From contig CAZPQI010000001.1 of NCBI GenBank assembly GCA_964589005.1, forward strand, positions 2,144-66,143: 64,000 nt of DNA, in the 5' to 3' direction. How positions within the stretch are numbered: position 1 is the first letter of the stretch; each line of letters opens with the position of its first letter. This document shows, in pieces, positions 27,045 through 36,901 of this stretch. The notes below the pieces were generated by a model. The model was given only the letters and a program-made list of their open reading frames with translations. It did no database searches and was not told the DNA's origin. This DNA comes from an uncultured Candidatus Saccharibacteria bacterium. Lineage in GTDB: Bacteria > Patescibacteriota > Minisyncoccia > Phycocordibacterales > UBA2100. A program made the translations under genes and the position numbers.

Positions 27045-28373
27045 ATGGAGAACGCGTTAATATCAGTACCAATAAATAACGACATTGAACCTCAAACTAC
27101 AAACATCAAATATTGCTTATACGCCAGAAAATCAACCGAGCAGGATGAGAAACAAGCTCTCTCTATAGAATCTCAAGTGAAAGAGATGTTAGCAATTGCA
27201 GAAAGGGAAAGCCTTGATGTCATAGATATACGAAGAGAATCTCACTCAGCTAAAGACTCAGGGCAACGGCCAGTCTTTAAACAAATTATTGAGGATATTG
27301 AACGGGAGCGATTCAACGCGATCATAACTTGGGCGCCTGATCGTCTAAGCAGGAACGCTGGAGATTTGGGAAGCTTAGTTGATCTTATGGATCAAAAGAA
27401 ACTTCTTACAATTCGCACTTACGGACAAACATTTAGCAACTCTCCAAATGAAAAGTTTTTGTTGATGATTTTATGTAGCCAAGCAAAGTTAGAAAATGAC
27501 AACAAGAGCATAAACGTCAAACGAGGATTACGTGCCAGATGTGAAATGGGGCTGTGGCCAGCTCCTGCTCCTACTGGATACTTAAACGAAAAGAAAACTG
27601 ACAGAAAAGGATATGTGATGATAGACCCTAAGGCAGCTCACATTATTAAACAAATGTTTGAAAAAGTTGCGAATGAAAAATGGAGCGGTAGGAAAATATA
27701 TCATTGGTTAAAGTTTGATCTTAATTTCAAAACCACTACAGGTAATAAGAACCTAACACTCAGTAATGTATTTCTAATTCTAAAAAATACTTTTTACTAC
27801 GGTGAATTTGAGTATCCTAGAGGAGGAGGTGTTTGGTATAAAGGAAAACACGAACCAATTATCACTAAAGAATTATTTGGCCAAGTCCGTCAGGAAATAA
27901 AAACGAATATTGTACGTGTCGAAAGTAAGGAATTTGCTTTCACTAAACTTATGAAATGTGGTCTTTGCGGTTCAGGTATCACAGCCGACGAGAAGTTTAA
28001 AAAATTAAAAAACGGCGGAATCAACAGACATGTCTATTATGGCTGTACGAAAGTGAGAGATAAAAATTGCAAGTGTGGATACATCAACGAAACAGATTTA
28101 ATTAAACAATTTGAAGGACTAATCGATAAGATTGATATAGACAAAACTGGTATCCAGGAGAAGATTAAAGAAGAAGTAACACGATTCAAAAAGTTTCAGC
28201 AATCATTACTTAGCACCAAAGAAAAAATAGTTGTTGCCGATATAGATATACGAAATTACGCAAAGTATGTCCTACAGGAAGGAAAAGACGTCGAGAAACG
28301 AGAATTACTTGGTTGTCTAAAAGGAAAAATTGAATTAAAAAATAAATCAATCATTTTAAATACTAAAGGTTAG
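27045..28373 (+). CDS. large serine recombinase 2
   Basis: YARKSTEQDEKQALSIESQ catalytic motif, recombinase domain, zinc ribbon CGLCGS...C..C; paralog of recombinase 1 (KRGLRA, PAPTGYLN shared). Confidence 0.85.
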   Translation: MENALISVPINNDIEPQTTNIKYCLYARKSTEQDEKQALSIESQVKEMLAIAERESLDVIDIRRESHSAKDSGQRPVFKQIIEDIERERFNAIITWAPDRLSRNAGDLGSLVDLMDQKKLLTIRTYGQTFSNSPNEKFLLMILCSQAKLENDNKSINVKRGLRARCEMGLWPAPAPTGYLNEKKTDRKGYVMIDPKAAHIIKQMFEKVANEKWSGRKIYHWLKFDLNFKTTTGNKNLTLSNVFLILKNTFYYGEFEYPRGGGVWYKGKHEPIITKELFGQVRQEIKTNIVRVESKEFAFTKLMKCGLCGSGITADEKFKKLKNGGINRHVYYGCTKVRDKNCKCGYINETDLIKQFEGLIDKIDIDKTGIQEKIKEEVTRFKKFQQSLLSTKEKIVVADIDIRNYAKYVLQEGKDVEKRELLGCLKGKIELKNKSIILNTKG

Positions 28374-28409
28374 TTTTCATAATCTGTTCTTATTTTTTAC
28401 ATTAACAGT

Positions 28410-31235
28410 TTATTTTAATAACCCACCAATAGTTGATTGTATTGTTATTTTTTCTGTAGGAACAATTATATATCTCCAGGGTTTTACAATTCCAAATTTA
28501 CCAACATTTTCATTTACAACTTTACAATATTCCTCAGCAGTAGTTTTTTTAGCCTGAACGTCTGGTGTGTTTATTTCGTCTCTTGGCTTTACTTCAATCA
28601 TCACTATTTCTTTTTCAAACTCAACCACAAAGTCAGGCTCATATCGATGATGCGACGCTCCGTCAGAATCACGCCAATAGAGTCCTTCAAATTGATTCGG
28701 TGCAGGTCTAAGCCAATCACTCACTGTAGAATCACGATCTAAAAGATAGGCTAGTCTGGCTTCATCAGAGGAGTCAAATTTGTATTGTGCATGGCAAGCA
28801 TTATTAAACCCAGTGTAAGTATGTTCTCGCGAAAAAGTATCAAGTTGAGAATCTAGTGTTACAGGATTTGTTGCAGAAGATATATTATATTGCTCAAGCC
28901 AAGGCTTCGGCTCGGTAACACCTGAATCTAAATATCCTTCTGATTTCAATTCTTTATGAGATACTATTTGTTCATAAATATCATCGGCTATTGACCGAGC
29001 ATTACTTTCAACAATCAATGCTAGATTGTCATCATCAACAGCTTTCTTTTTATAGTGAGTTACAGCCTGTTTTGCTAGTTTCAATAACAAAGGTCTCTGT
29101 GTTTTGTCATCATAGTCGACCAAAGGAAAGTCCAAGAGCGCTGCTATAATTGTGCTCTCTGGCGACTGTTTATTTTTTGCTCCAAAACTTGTTATTTGTG
29201 TGACTTGCGTCATGCGTCTTCCAGGAACATCCTTGCCAAACAAGTCTACATCGCGCTCACCTTGAAGTTGTTCTTCTAAAATTGCTCTCTCATTAGTATA
29301 AGACTGAAGCGCGTTAATACTAGTATCCAAATCAAAATCATGGATTATTAACTCTCCATAATGCGGAGTAAGAATAAGCCTTGGTATTGGTATGTTTCTT
29401 GTCTCTAAATTAGCGCGTACACCTTTCGCAATCTCAGAAAGTTCATCTTGCACATTTGAATTGAACGAACCAAACAACGTATCAGAGCCAAAAGACATAC
29501 CTGTGCTAGATTTTGTTGTTTGACCATGAAATTCTGAGAAAGAGAGATTTTTTGCTGTTTCTTTAGCTGCTACCCCAACCAATTCTTCGGTTTTCATTTC
29601 AAGCATCTTTTCCTTAACGCTGTCTTCCATATTTTCAGTAAGTGGCATTTTTGTAATTGATTCCGTAACTTTCTGTTCAATCTCCTGCATGATCACTTCA
29701 TTCTTTCTAATTTCATTAGCAATATCCTGCAATATAATAGGCTGAATTTCTTTTAAAACCCTGACTTCTTTTACTTCCTTTTCAGATATTTTCTCAACTT
29801 GTCCCTGTATAAGAGTTGAGTCTTTAGCAAGCTCAATCACCCTGGAATATTGTCCGTGTGCAACTATAACGAGTCTATCTACTAGAGGCACACCAGTTCT
29901 CTCACCGTATGGCAATCGTAAGCCACGACCGATTGTTTGTTCAGTTAATATTGCTGCTGCTGAAGCACGTAATGGCGCAATTGTGTATATATTTGTTACA
30001 TCCCACCCTTCTTTAAGCATGTTTACATGTATAACGACCTCCACAATATTTTCGTGATCCTCAAGCGAGATTAATTTTTCAATACTTTCGTCATATTTAC
30101 TTCCGCGGAGTTTTGTATGTATTTCTATTACTTTTCCTTTGAATTCTCCATTTCTAAAATCACCACTATCAATCAAGATCCTTAATTCTCTTGCATGATC
30201 CGTGTCCTTTGCCACCACAAGTAATACGGGTTTTATAACTTGCTTGTTATTTTCAAGTGCATATTCCTTAAGCGCATTTTTTGCGCGTTCATGAAAGAAT
30301 GCTGCCAATTGTAATTTACGCGCATCTGTTTCAATTGATTCGTTATCAAACTGTTTAAAATCTACATCAGCTTCAGTTCCTATCCATGGATCTTTAACAA
30401 GTTTTCCACGAATTGCATCTCCAAGATTGTAAGTATATAAAACATTCTTCATTCTAATTTGCTGAGCATTCTTGCCGCTTCCTTTGGTGCCAAGATATGG
30501 GGTTGCTGTCATTTCTAAACCAAACAACGGATCCATTAAATCAAAAGCTCCAAGTGCGGCATCTGCGTGGTAATGGTGTGCCTCATCAAGCATCACGACT
30601 AAATCATCATGTTCTTTTAGATAATCAAAATATGATTCTCCAGCTGTTTCCCATGCCTTCGTGATACCACGCTCGTTCGTCATATCTTTTTGCGCAAATT
30701 GCTGGATATTAAAAATATTGATTTCAATCTGGTTACCGAAAAGTGACTGCCCGCGTTGTTGAGCATAATTGTCTGTAGTAATAACTTTTGCTGTATTTAT
30801 ATTTATCTCCTGAATGCCTTTAAAAACATACTTTGGATTATTTGCTTTACTAAAATCATCATACAACTTTCTATATATAGTAAGATTTGGCGCCACAATC
30901 AAAAAATGTTGGATATTATAAACAAGATAAAGATACGCCACAAAGGTACCCATAAGCCGTGTTTTGCCGACGCCTGTGGCTAACGCAAAAGTGTAAGCAG
31001 GATATGTGCGTTCAAAATCTTCAAACTTGTCGGCCTCAGGAATGTTTTTAAAATATTTTACTGATTCAGCCAAAATTTCACTTGTGTTTCCGCGATTTCC
31101 TTTTTTCATCCGCGCCAATACTTTTTGTCCTACAGGTGACTCCAAATAATCAGCAAAAAGCTTCAAGCTTTTTGCTTGTGGTATATGCAAACTCATTACG
31201 CCATTTAGATATTTAATCGCTTGCCCTGGTTTCAT
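28410..31235 (-). CDS. res: Type III restriction enzyme Res subunit (SF2 helicase + C-terminal PD-(D/E)xK endonuclease)
   Basis: Walker A TGVGKTRLM, DEAH box VMLDEAHHY, helicase C motifs, C-terminal YEPDFVVE...MIEVKPRDE nuclease motif. Confidence 0.85.
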   Translation of the reverse strand: MKPGQAIKYLNGVMSLHIPQAKSLKLFADYLESPVGQKVLARMKKGNRGNTSEILAESVKYFKNIPEADKFEDFERTYPAYTFALATGVGKTRLMGTFVAYLYLVYNIQHFLIVAPNLTIYRKLYDDFSKANNPKYVFKGIQEININTAKVITTDNYAQQRGQSLFGNQIEINIFNIQQFAQKDMTNERGITKAWETAGESYFDYLKEHDDLVVMLDEAHHYHADAALGAFDLMDPLFGLEMTATPYLGTKGSGKNAQQIRMKNVLYTYNLGDAIRGKLVKDPWIGTEADVDFKQFDNESIETDARKLQLAAFFHERAKNALKEYALENNKQVIKPVLLVVAKDTDHARELRILIDSGDFRNGEFKGKVIEIHTKLRGSKYDESIEKLISLEDHENIVEVVIHVNMLKEGWDVTNIYTIAPLRASAAAILTEQTIGRGLRLPYGERTGVPLVDRLVIVAHGQYSRVIELAKDSTLIQGQVEKISEKEVKEVRVLKEIQPIILQDIANEIRKNEVIMQEIEQKVTESITKMPLTENMEDSVKEKMLEMKTEELVGVAAKETAKNLSFSEFHGQTTKSSTGMSFGSDTLFGSFNSNVQDELSEIAKGVRANLETRNIPIPRLILTPHYGELIIHDFDLDTSINALQSYTNERAILEEQLQGERDVDLFGKDVPGRRMTQVTQITSFGAKNKQSPESTIIAALLDFPLVDYDDKTQRPLLLKLAKQAVTHYKKKAVDDDNLALIVESNARSIADDIYEQIVSHKELKSEGYLDSGVTEPKPWLEQYNISSATNPVTLDSQLDTFSREHTYTGFNNACHAQYKFDSSDEARLAYLLDRDSTVSDWLRPAPNQFEGLYWRDSDGASHHRYEPDFVVEFEKEIVMIEVKPRDEINTPDVQAKKTTAEEYCKVVNENVGKFGIVKPWRYIIVPTEKITIQSTIGGLLK

Positions 31236-31240
31236 AATAT

Positions 31241-32851
31241 TTATTCGTTATTATCATCATCCAAATCAATCTCTTCAAGCGCAGACTTTTTTATTGGAAG
31301 TAGATACTCTTTTTTTCCAAAGTGACACGACTTCAAAACTGACTGCGGAATCTTTTTAATCATAATCCGATCATCTACCTTATCTGCTCCTGGCTCAAAT
31401 TTCTTTGGGCAAATAACAAGTGATTCTCCTTCATCGAGGTGCGCCATGATTTGTTGGACCATACCAGTAGTAAGAAATTGTGTCGTGACATATAGATAGT
31501 TTTTCCCTTGACCTACTCCATGCTTCCAATACTCTGTCTCGCTTGGCTTATAGGTGAAATTCATCAGTTTACACATCGCTTTAATGAGCTTTGTATCATT
31601 ATAAAAGTCATCAATTACTGGATTACCGAATTCGTCATTTACTATGAAACTTGGTGCCAACTCATAAAATTTATATGCGCCGCCGCCTTCCCATTCGAGT
31701 GTTTCAGAAAGTTTTAAACCATCAGTACCACTAATCACTTTATCCAAGCGCGCTTTGCAGTGTGTGTAAGCGTGATCACCCATTTCAATACCAATGTATT
31801 TTCGACCCATTTTATGTGCAACGGCAGCGGCAGTACCTGAACCCAAAAAAGAATCAAGGATTAAATCTCCCTTTTTTGTCGATAATTCAAAAACTCTTTT
31901 AATTAATCTTTCTGGCTTAGGGGTAGTAAACACATCATTAGGATTAATTTTAATAACTTCCTTTTTTGCTTCATCGTTGTGTCCAACTTCACCATGCAAT
32001 AATATAGTAGTAGCTTTTCTACCTTGTTGAACTTCAGACAAGAATTGCTTGAAAGCCGGTATGGACTTACCATTTTTACCAAAAACAACTCTGTTGTCCT
32101 TAATCATTGCCATCATTTTCTTCTCATTAAAAGCCCAATGCTTTCCAAGAGGAGCATCAAATTGATCCCCATGTGGTCCAGTTATAATATAATGACCGTT
32201 TGTACGTTCCTCGTTTGAAATTAAGTCACCAGGTTTCCATGGCCCTCTTGGATCATTGTCTGGGTTTTTATATCGCTTGTTCATTTCTTCAGTCCTCTCA
32301 AGTAAATTAAAATCTAACTTACTCTCATTCCTTGCATATACAAGAATATACTCATGATCTATAGATATTCGTTTAGATTGATTTTTAGGACTATAAACTT
32401 TTTGCCATATTAATGTACATACGTTATTTTTGCGGCCAAAAACTTCATCAGCTAAAACCCTAAGATAAGGCATCTCGTTGTCATCAATTGATATAAAAAT
32501 GACTCCATCTTCATGCTTTAAAAAAGATTTCAGAAGTTCGAGCCTTGGTTTCATCAGGGATAACCAAGTTGAATGTTCAACACTGTCATCATAATGGTCA
32601 AAAGCACTCCTGGTATTGTACGGTGGGTCAATGTAAATACATTTAACTTCCCCTGCATACTCTGGAAGAAGTGCCCTAAGTGCTAAAAGATTATCACCAT
32701 GGATTATCATATTCTCGGTATTTGGATCATTCTTACAATTAGAAAGTTTTGGGTCCTCTTCTAAAATTCGTGGCTCAATATTAGCAATATCGTATTCGGG
32801 ATTGCTCTTTCCTATCCATGTAAGTTCTAGTTTTTGTTTGTTTTTACTCAT
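31241..32851 (-). CDS. mod: Type III restriction-modification Mod subunit (beta-class N6-adenine DNA methyltransferase)
   Basis: Motif IV IYIDPPYNT and C-terminal motif I DSFLGSGTAAAVA; 5-nt gap to res, 4-nt gap to SNF2 gene. Confidence 0.85.
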   Translation of the reverse strand: MSKNKQKLELTWIGKSNPEYDIANIEPRILEEDPKLSNCKNDPNTENMIIHGDNLLALRALLPEYAGEVKCIYIDPPYNTRSAFDHYDDSVEHSTWLSLMKPRLELLKSFLKHEDGVIFISIDDNEMPYLRVLADEVFGRKNNVCTLIWQKVYSPKNQSKRISIDHEYILVYARNESKLDFNLLERTEEMNKRYKNPDNDPRGPWKPGDLISNEERTNGHYIITGPHGDQFDAPLGKHWAFNEKKMMAMIKDNRVVFGKNGKSIPAFKQFLSEVQQGRKATTILLHGEVGHNDEAKKEVIKINPNDVFTTPKPERLIKRVFELSTKKGDLILDSFLGSGTAAAVAHKMGRKYIGIEMGDHAYTHCKARLDKVISGTDGLKLSETLEWEGGGAYKFYELAPSFIVNDEFGNPVIDDFYNDTKLIKAMCKLMNFTYKPSETEYWKHGVGQGKNYLYVTTQFLTTGMVQQIMAHLDEGESLVICPKKFEPGADKVDDRIMIKKIPQSVLKSCHFGKKEYLLPIKKSALEEIDLDDDNNE

Positions 32852-32855
32852 AATC

Positions 32856-35795
32856 TTATATTACCTTAAATCTAATCGTGAATAAGGTCGTAAGAGTCAT
32901 TTTTTGGTTTAGTTGTGCCTCTATTCTGTCTAATAAATCTCCTTTTTTTACATCAACCTCATCTTGCGATTTATAGAGCTTCTGTCTCATTTCGTTTCTT
33001 TTCTTTTCCAAATCCTTTATTTCTCTTTGAATCTTTACTTTCTTTTCCAAATCCAGCACTTTCTTTGCGCTCGTTTTCATCGCCTTGAGATCAATATCCA
33101 TGCGCTTTAAATCTAACTCCAAGCTCTTTTTTAAATCTTCTGCCCAATTATCAAGCTTGTCTACCTCAGCGTCAAAAAATTCACTGTTTCGCTCTGCAAT
33201 CTCTCCAGAAGTTATTTTAATAGTTTGCTTTTCAAACTCATCAATATATTTTTTTTCATCATCACTTAAGTCATTGCAATCACTATACTGCCCAGAAAGT
33301 GAGAAAAGTTTTTTGGCAATTTCTGGTTCTATTTTTTCACCACTTGCATCAATTGCAGATACAACTATATGATCTTCTTTCTCAAATGCTTGAACCGTAT
33401 AATTTGAAACCCTAATTATTCCACTCTTACCTGCTAATGGCTTTAGCACAGAAATGATCGTCTTGTGGTTAATAAAATCAAAAGTAATTTCTTTTACAGG
33501 CAATTCCTTATTTTTTACTTCGGTCAAAATCCTTTGAGCTAATGGGTGGCCAGGGCGATACACATGAGAATCTTCAATATTATTTCCTATTTTATATGGC
33601 CCAGGTGGAATGGTCTCTTCTTTAAATGGATTATTTTTTAATAAAAAAGAATATTCATCTTCCGCAAAATCTGCCTTATCACCTAAATAATATTTTGTCG
33701 TCTCCCATAACCATCTTTCGTATGTATCAAGATACCTCTTACTTTCATCAAGGTTTAGTCGTAATTTTTCATGTACTTCAACATCAAAATTTTCAAGCAA
33801 TTTCTGCTTAGCATCACCCATATTCTCTTGAATGCTCTCATCCATCTCCTGCTGGAGTTTGTCAAATGCATTGTTTATATCTTCCTCGCTACGACACGTT
33901 TGATAAATAGATGATATTCGTTTTTCAAAATCTACACCTGATTCAATGACCCCAAGTATTTCATCACTAGCACCAAATACTCCTTTAAATAATCTGAATT
34001 TCTGGTCGAGTAGCTCAAAGACTCGCTGATCTGCTGCATTCTTTCTATTTATGAAATTGATCACGACAACGTCATATTTTTGACCATAACGATGACAACG
34101 CCCTATTCTCTGCTCAATACGCTGAGGGTTCCAAGGTAGGTCGTAATTTATTACCAAAGAACAAAATTGAAGATTTATACCTTCTGCACCTGCCTCAGTA
34201 GCAATCATTATTTCTGCCTCATCTTTAAAGTAATCAACAATAGCAGCACGCATGTCTGCTGTTTTGAGTCCGGTTATTTTATCTGTGTCTTTATGTTTAT
34301 CTAACCAATCTGTATAAACCTCTTTTGACTTTGGATCATTGTTGGAACCATTAAATAAAACTATCTTCCCTTTATAACCATTGTCAGAAAGCAACTCTAA
34401 TAAATAATCTTGTGTAATTCTAGATTCTGTAAATATTATAGCCTTTTTTTGAGCACCAAATTCCTCAGCTTTTTGGAATCCCTTTTGAAGACCTATTAGT
34501 AAAGCGTCACCCTTTGAATTTTTCCAAATCTTTTTTGCAAGGTCTCTATATTTCTCTAGATCCTTCTTTTCAGCTTCCATTGCCACAATGTCTTTTTGTG
34601 TAAAAACTTTATCGTTATCTTTCTCATCGTCGTTTTCTTCTTCATCGTCAAGCCACTCATCAGATAATTCATCAAACGAATCAAAGTTTTCTTCTATTCC
34701 AGGAATACCTAAATCTGACGAAACTTGTTTGTTCTTTGCTTCCTCAATAAGTTTTTCTAATTTATATGCGAGATTATTTAATGTACTAGCGATAGCAAAA
34801 GTAGAGGATGCTAACAATTTTCTAAGAATAAGTGACATCAAGTGTCTTTGGCTCGCAGGTAACGCATACAACCTCGGTCTCTGAAGATATTCCGTCATTT
34901 CATCATAAAGTTCTATTTCTTCTTCGGAAGGAATATAGTCCTGTGTTAAGGGGATGCGTTTTGTATATTTAATATATTCTAAAACTTGTTTTCTAAGCGT
35001 TCTAATACAAACAGTCTTTAGCCGATTTCTTAAATTGAGAAACATCTCTTGCCTCGGCTCAACTAAGCCTAATTCATTTTCATAAATATCCTGCACTTGA
35101 GAAACTCGGGCGTATTGTGCTTTAAAACTTTTAAGGTCACCAAAAATATGATCGTCAATGATGCTAACGAGTCCGTATAACTCTAGTAGCGAATTTTGAA
35201 GAGGTGTGGCAGTAAGTAAGATTTTTGGAACATTTTCAAGTGATTTTTTTATCTCTTTAGCAATTTTATTCTTGGGCTTATATACATTTCTAAGCCTGTG
35301 AGCTTCGTCTATAATCACAAGATCCCAAGATGTCTGTTTTACATATGGAGATTTATTGCGAGCAAAATGATACGAACAAATAACAATACAATCTTCCTGA
35401 TTAAAGGGGTTGAGATTGCCATCCTTTACGACTTGGTTAAATGATTTCGCCTCTAGAATTGTAGAAGGAAGAAAAAACTTTTCTTGAAGCTCCGTCATCC
35501 ATTGTTTTCGCAAATTTGATGGAACAATAAGAAGTATTGTTCTTTTTCTCTCCGCCCATTTTTGAGAAATGACGAGACCTGCTTCAATTGTTTTTCCTAA
35601 ACCAACCTCATCAGCCAGAATTGCGCCCTTTGAGAGTGGTGAACGAAAAGCAAACAGAGCAGCTTCAATCTGATGTGGGTTTAAATCAATTTGTGCATTA
35701 GATAATGTTGACGTAAGCTTGTTCAAACTGTCCGAAGAACTTCGCTTGGTTAGCTCGTAAGCATAATATTTTGCATGATAATCAGTGATTTTCAT
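32856..35795 (-). CDS. SNF2-family helicase with ~350-aa C-terminal domain of unknown function
   Basis: GLGKT Walker A, DEAH box VIIDEAHRLRN, helicase C (QRIGRCHRYGQ); C-terminal 620-979 region (coiled-coil rich) unrecognised. Confidence 0.8.
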   Translation of the reverse strand: MKITDYHAKYYAYELTKRSSSDSLNKLTSTLSNAQIDLNPHQIEAALFAFRSPLSKGAILADEVGLGKTIEAGLVISQKWAERKRTILLIVPSNLRKQWMTELQEKFFLPSTILEAKSFNQVVKDGNLNPFNQEDCIVICSYHFARNKSPYVKQTSWDLVIIDEAHRLRNVYKPKNKIAKEIKKSLENVPKILLTATPLQNSLLELYGLVSIIDDHIFGDLKSFKAQYARVSQVQDIYENELGLVEPRQEMFLNLRNRLKTVCIRTLRKQVLEYIKYTKRIPLTQDYIPSEEEIELYDEMTEYLQRPRLYALPASQRHLMSLILRKLLASSTFAIASTLNNLAYKLEKLIEEAKNKQVSSDLGIPGIEENFDSFDELSDEWLDDEEENDDEKDNDKVFTQKDIVAMEAEKKDLEKYRDLAKKIWKNSKGDALLIGLQKGFQKAEEFGAQKKAIIFTESRITQDYLLELLSDNGYKGKIVLFNGSNNDPKSKEVYTDWLDKHKDTDKITGLKTADMRAAIVDYFKDEAEIMIATEAGAEGINLQFCSLVINYDLPWNPQRIEQRIGRCHRYGQKYDVVVINFINRKNAADQRVFELLDQKFRLFKGVFGASDEILGVIESGVDFEKRISSIYQTCRSEEDINNAFDKLQQEMDESIQENMGDAKQKLLENFDVEVHEKLRLNLDESKRYLDTYERWLWETTKYYLGDKADFAEDEYSFLLKNNPFKEETIPPGPYKIGNNIEDSHVYRPGHPLAQRILTEVKNKELPVKEITFDFINHKTIISVLKPLAGKSGIIRVSNYTVQAFEKEDHIVVSAIDASGEKIEPEIAKKLFSLSGQYSDCNDLSDDEKKYIDEFEKQTIKITSGEIAERNSEFFDAEVDKLDNWAEDLKKSLELDLKRMDIDLKAMKTSAKKVLDLEKKVKIQREIKDLEKKRNEMRQKLYKSQDEVDVKKGDLLDRIEAQLNQKMTLTTLFTIRFKVI

Positions 35796-35801
35796 TTTTA
35801 A

Positions 35802-36008
35802 TTATTTTAAAAGCTCATCGGATGATACTCCGACTGCATTAGCTAATCTTGCTATTGTTGCAAGTGTTGGATTTGTCTTTCCACTTTCAATATTACTAAC
35901 AAATCCACGACTAACCCCAAGTGATCGAGCCACATCGACTTGCGATATATCTTTTTCTGTTCTAATACGCTTTAGGTTCTTCCCAAGCTTTTCTGCCTCT
36001 TCTTTCAT
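35802..36008 (-). CDS. XRE-family HTH transcriptional regulator
   Basis: 68 aa; SQVDVARSLGVSRGFVSNIESGKTNPTLATIARLANAVGVS is the canonical XRE HTH. Confidence 0.75.
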   Translation of the reverse strand: MKEEAEKLGKNLKRIRTEKDISQVDVARSLGVSRGFVSNIESGKTNPTLATIARLANAVGVSSDELLK

Positions 36009-36065
36009 AATGACCCGTAGTGTACCACAATGTTATATTAAAACATAACATCTCAAAAGCCACCC

Positions 36066-36094
36066 AATCGGGTGGCTTTTGAGTCTAATTACTG
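36066..36094 (-). terminator. hairpin terminator downstream of ssb (aaagccaccc..gggtggcttt + T-run)
   Basis: 10-bp perfect stem seen directly. Confidence 0.45.
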
Positions 36095-36110
36095 CGACTC
36101 AGCAGGTATG

Positions 36111-36635
36111 CTAATCTGGATATGCCCATCCTGTAGCTTCATCATCACTATGTAAGTCACGTAGTTCTTGAGCCCACTCCAAATCATATTCCGGATACAA
36201 ATAAGGTTTAGGTACAAATTCTTCCTCATCGTCAAATGATTCCTCCGGGTACTCTTGATGATATTCGGTTTCGTTTTCCGAGGATTCTTCTCTTCTCGCT
36301 TGTTTAGGTAAATGTAGCTTAAATCGCTCTAAGACTATGAATGTCTTAGAGAATTCTACCCCATGTTGTCCATGTCGTGTCCACTTCACGGTCTTAAGTC
36401 TCCCGTGGATAAATATTCTCTGAGACTTAGAGCTTTCCCTTTTAATAATTCTGGCATAGTTACCATACGCAACAACGTGATGCAACACTGTATTCGATCC
36501 AATTGTCTCATTTCCTTTAAAATAAGCTACATCGGTAGAAACAGTAAACCAACAACACTGCTGACCATTCTTTAATGTTTGAATGTCTGACAGTGTTTTT
36601 ATTGTCCCAAGTAAAGAAACCTCGTTAATATCCAT
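36111..36635 (-). CDS. ssb: single-stranded DNA-binding protein
   Basis: OB-fold pattern VSLLGTI...TVLHHVVAYGNYA...IFIHGRL and acidic C-terminal tail. Confidence 0.75.
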   Translation of the reverse strand: MDINEVSLLGTIKTLSDIQTLKNGQQCCWFTVSTDVAYFKGNETIGSNTVLHHVVAYGNYARIIKRESSKSQRIFIHGRLKTVKWTRHGQHGVEFSKTFIVLERFKLHLPKQARREESSENETEYHQEYPEESFDDEEEFVPKPYLYPEYDLEWAQELRDLHSDDEATGWAYPD

Positions 36636-36671
36636 ACTTATACTCTAAACAGTTACGCTGAGTAATCAAGT

Positions 36672-36760
36672 TTGCTGCCGGTTTGGGACTCGAACCCTCC
36701 TCGGGCGCACAAGACCCGTCACAAAACGACGGTCTTCGTGCGAAATAACCTATCACGAGG
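36672..36760 (-). other. tRNA-like degenerate element: 15-bp imperfect hairpin plus T-arm-like GGGTTCGAGTCCC motif
   Basis: Canonical T-loop sequence present but T-stem only 3 bp and no acceptor stem can be paired; a possible UUU (Lys) anticodon loop lies in the long hairpin. Not a confident tRNA. Confidence 0.25.
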
Positions 36761-36834
36761 TGGCTGTCGGACTAGGACTCGAACCTAGATAGGCGGCACC
36801 AAAAGCCGCAGTCCTACCATTAGACGATCCGACA
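36761..36834 (-). tRNA. tRNA-Gln (anticodon UUG), CCA encoded
   Basis: Manual fold: acceptor TGTCGGA/TCCGACA, D-stem, anticodon stem GCGGC/GCCGC with loop TTTTGGT, T-arm CTAGG-TTCGAGT-CCTAG, discriminator G, CCA. Confidence 0.8.
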
Positions 36835-36901
36835 AAATAAAAACGCTCAGTGAACGCTTTTATACCACCCATCCTACCAAAAAATCAACTTAAAACCACC
36901 G

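Noticed and set aside
28410-35795. SNF2 + adenine MTase + helicase-nuclease as a DISARM system
   Set aside because: Core DISARM genes drmA/drmB(DUF1998)/drmC(PLD) are absent; mod/res have canonical Type III motifs.
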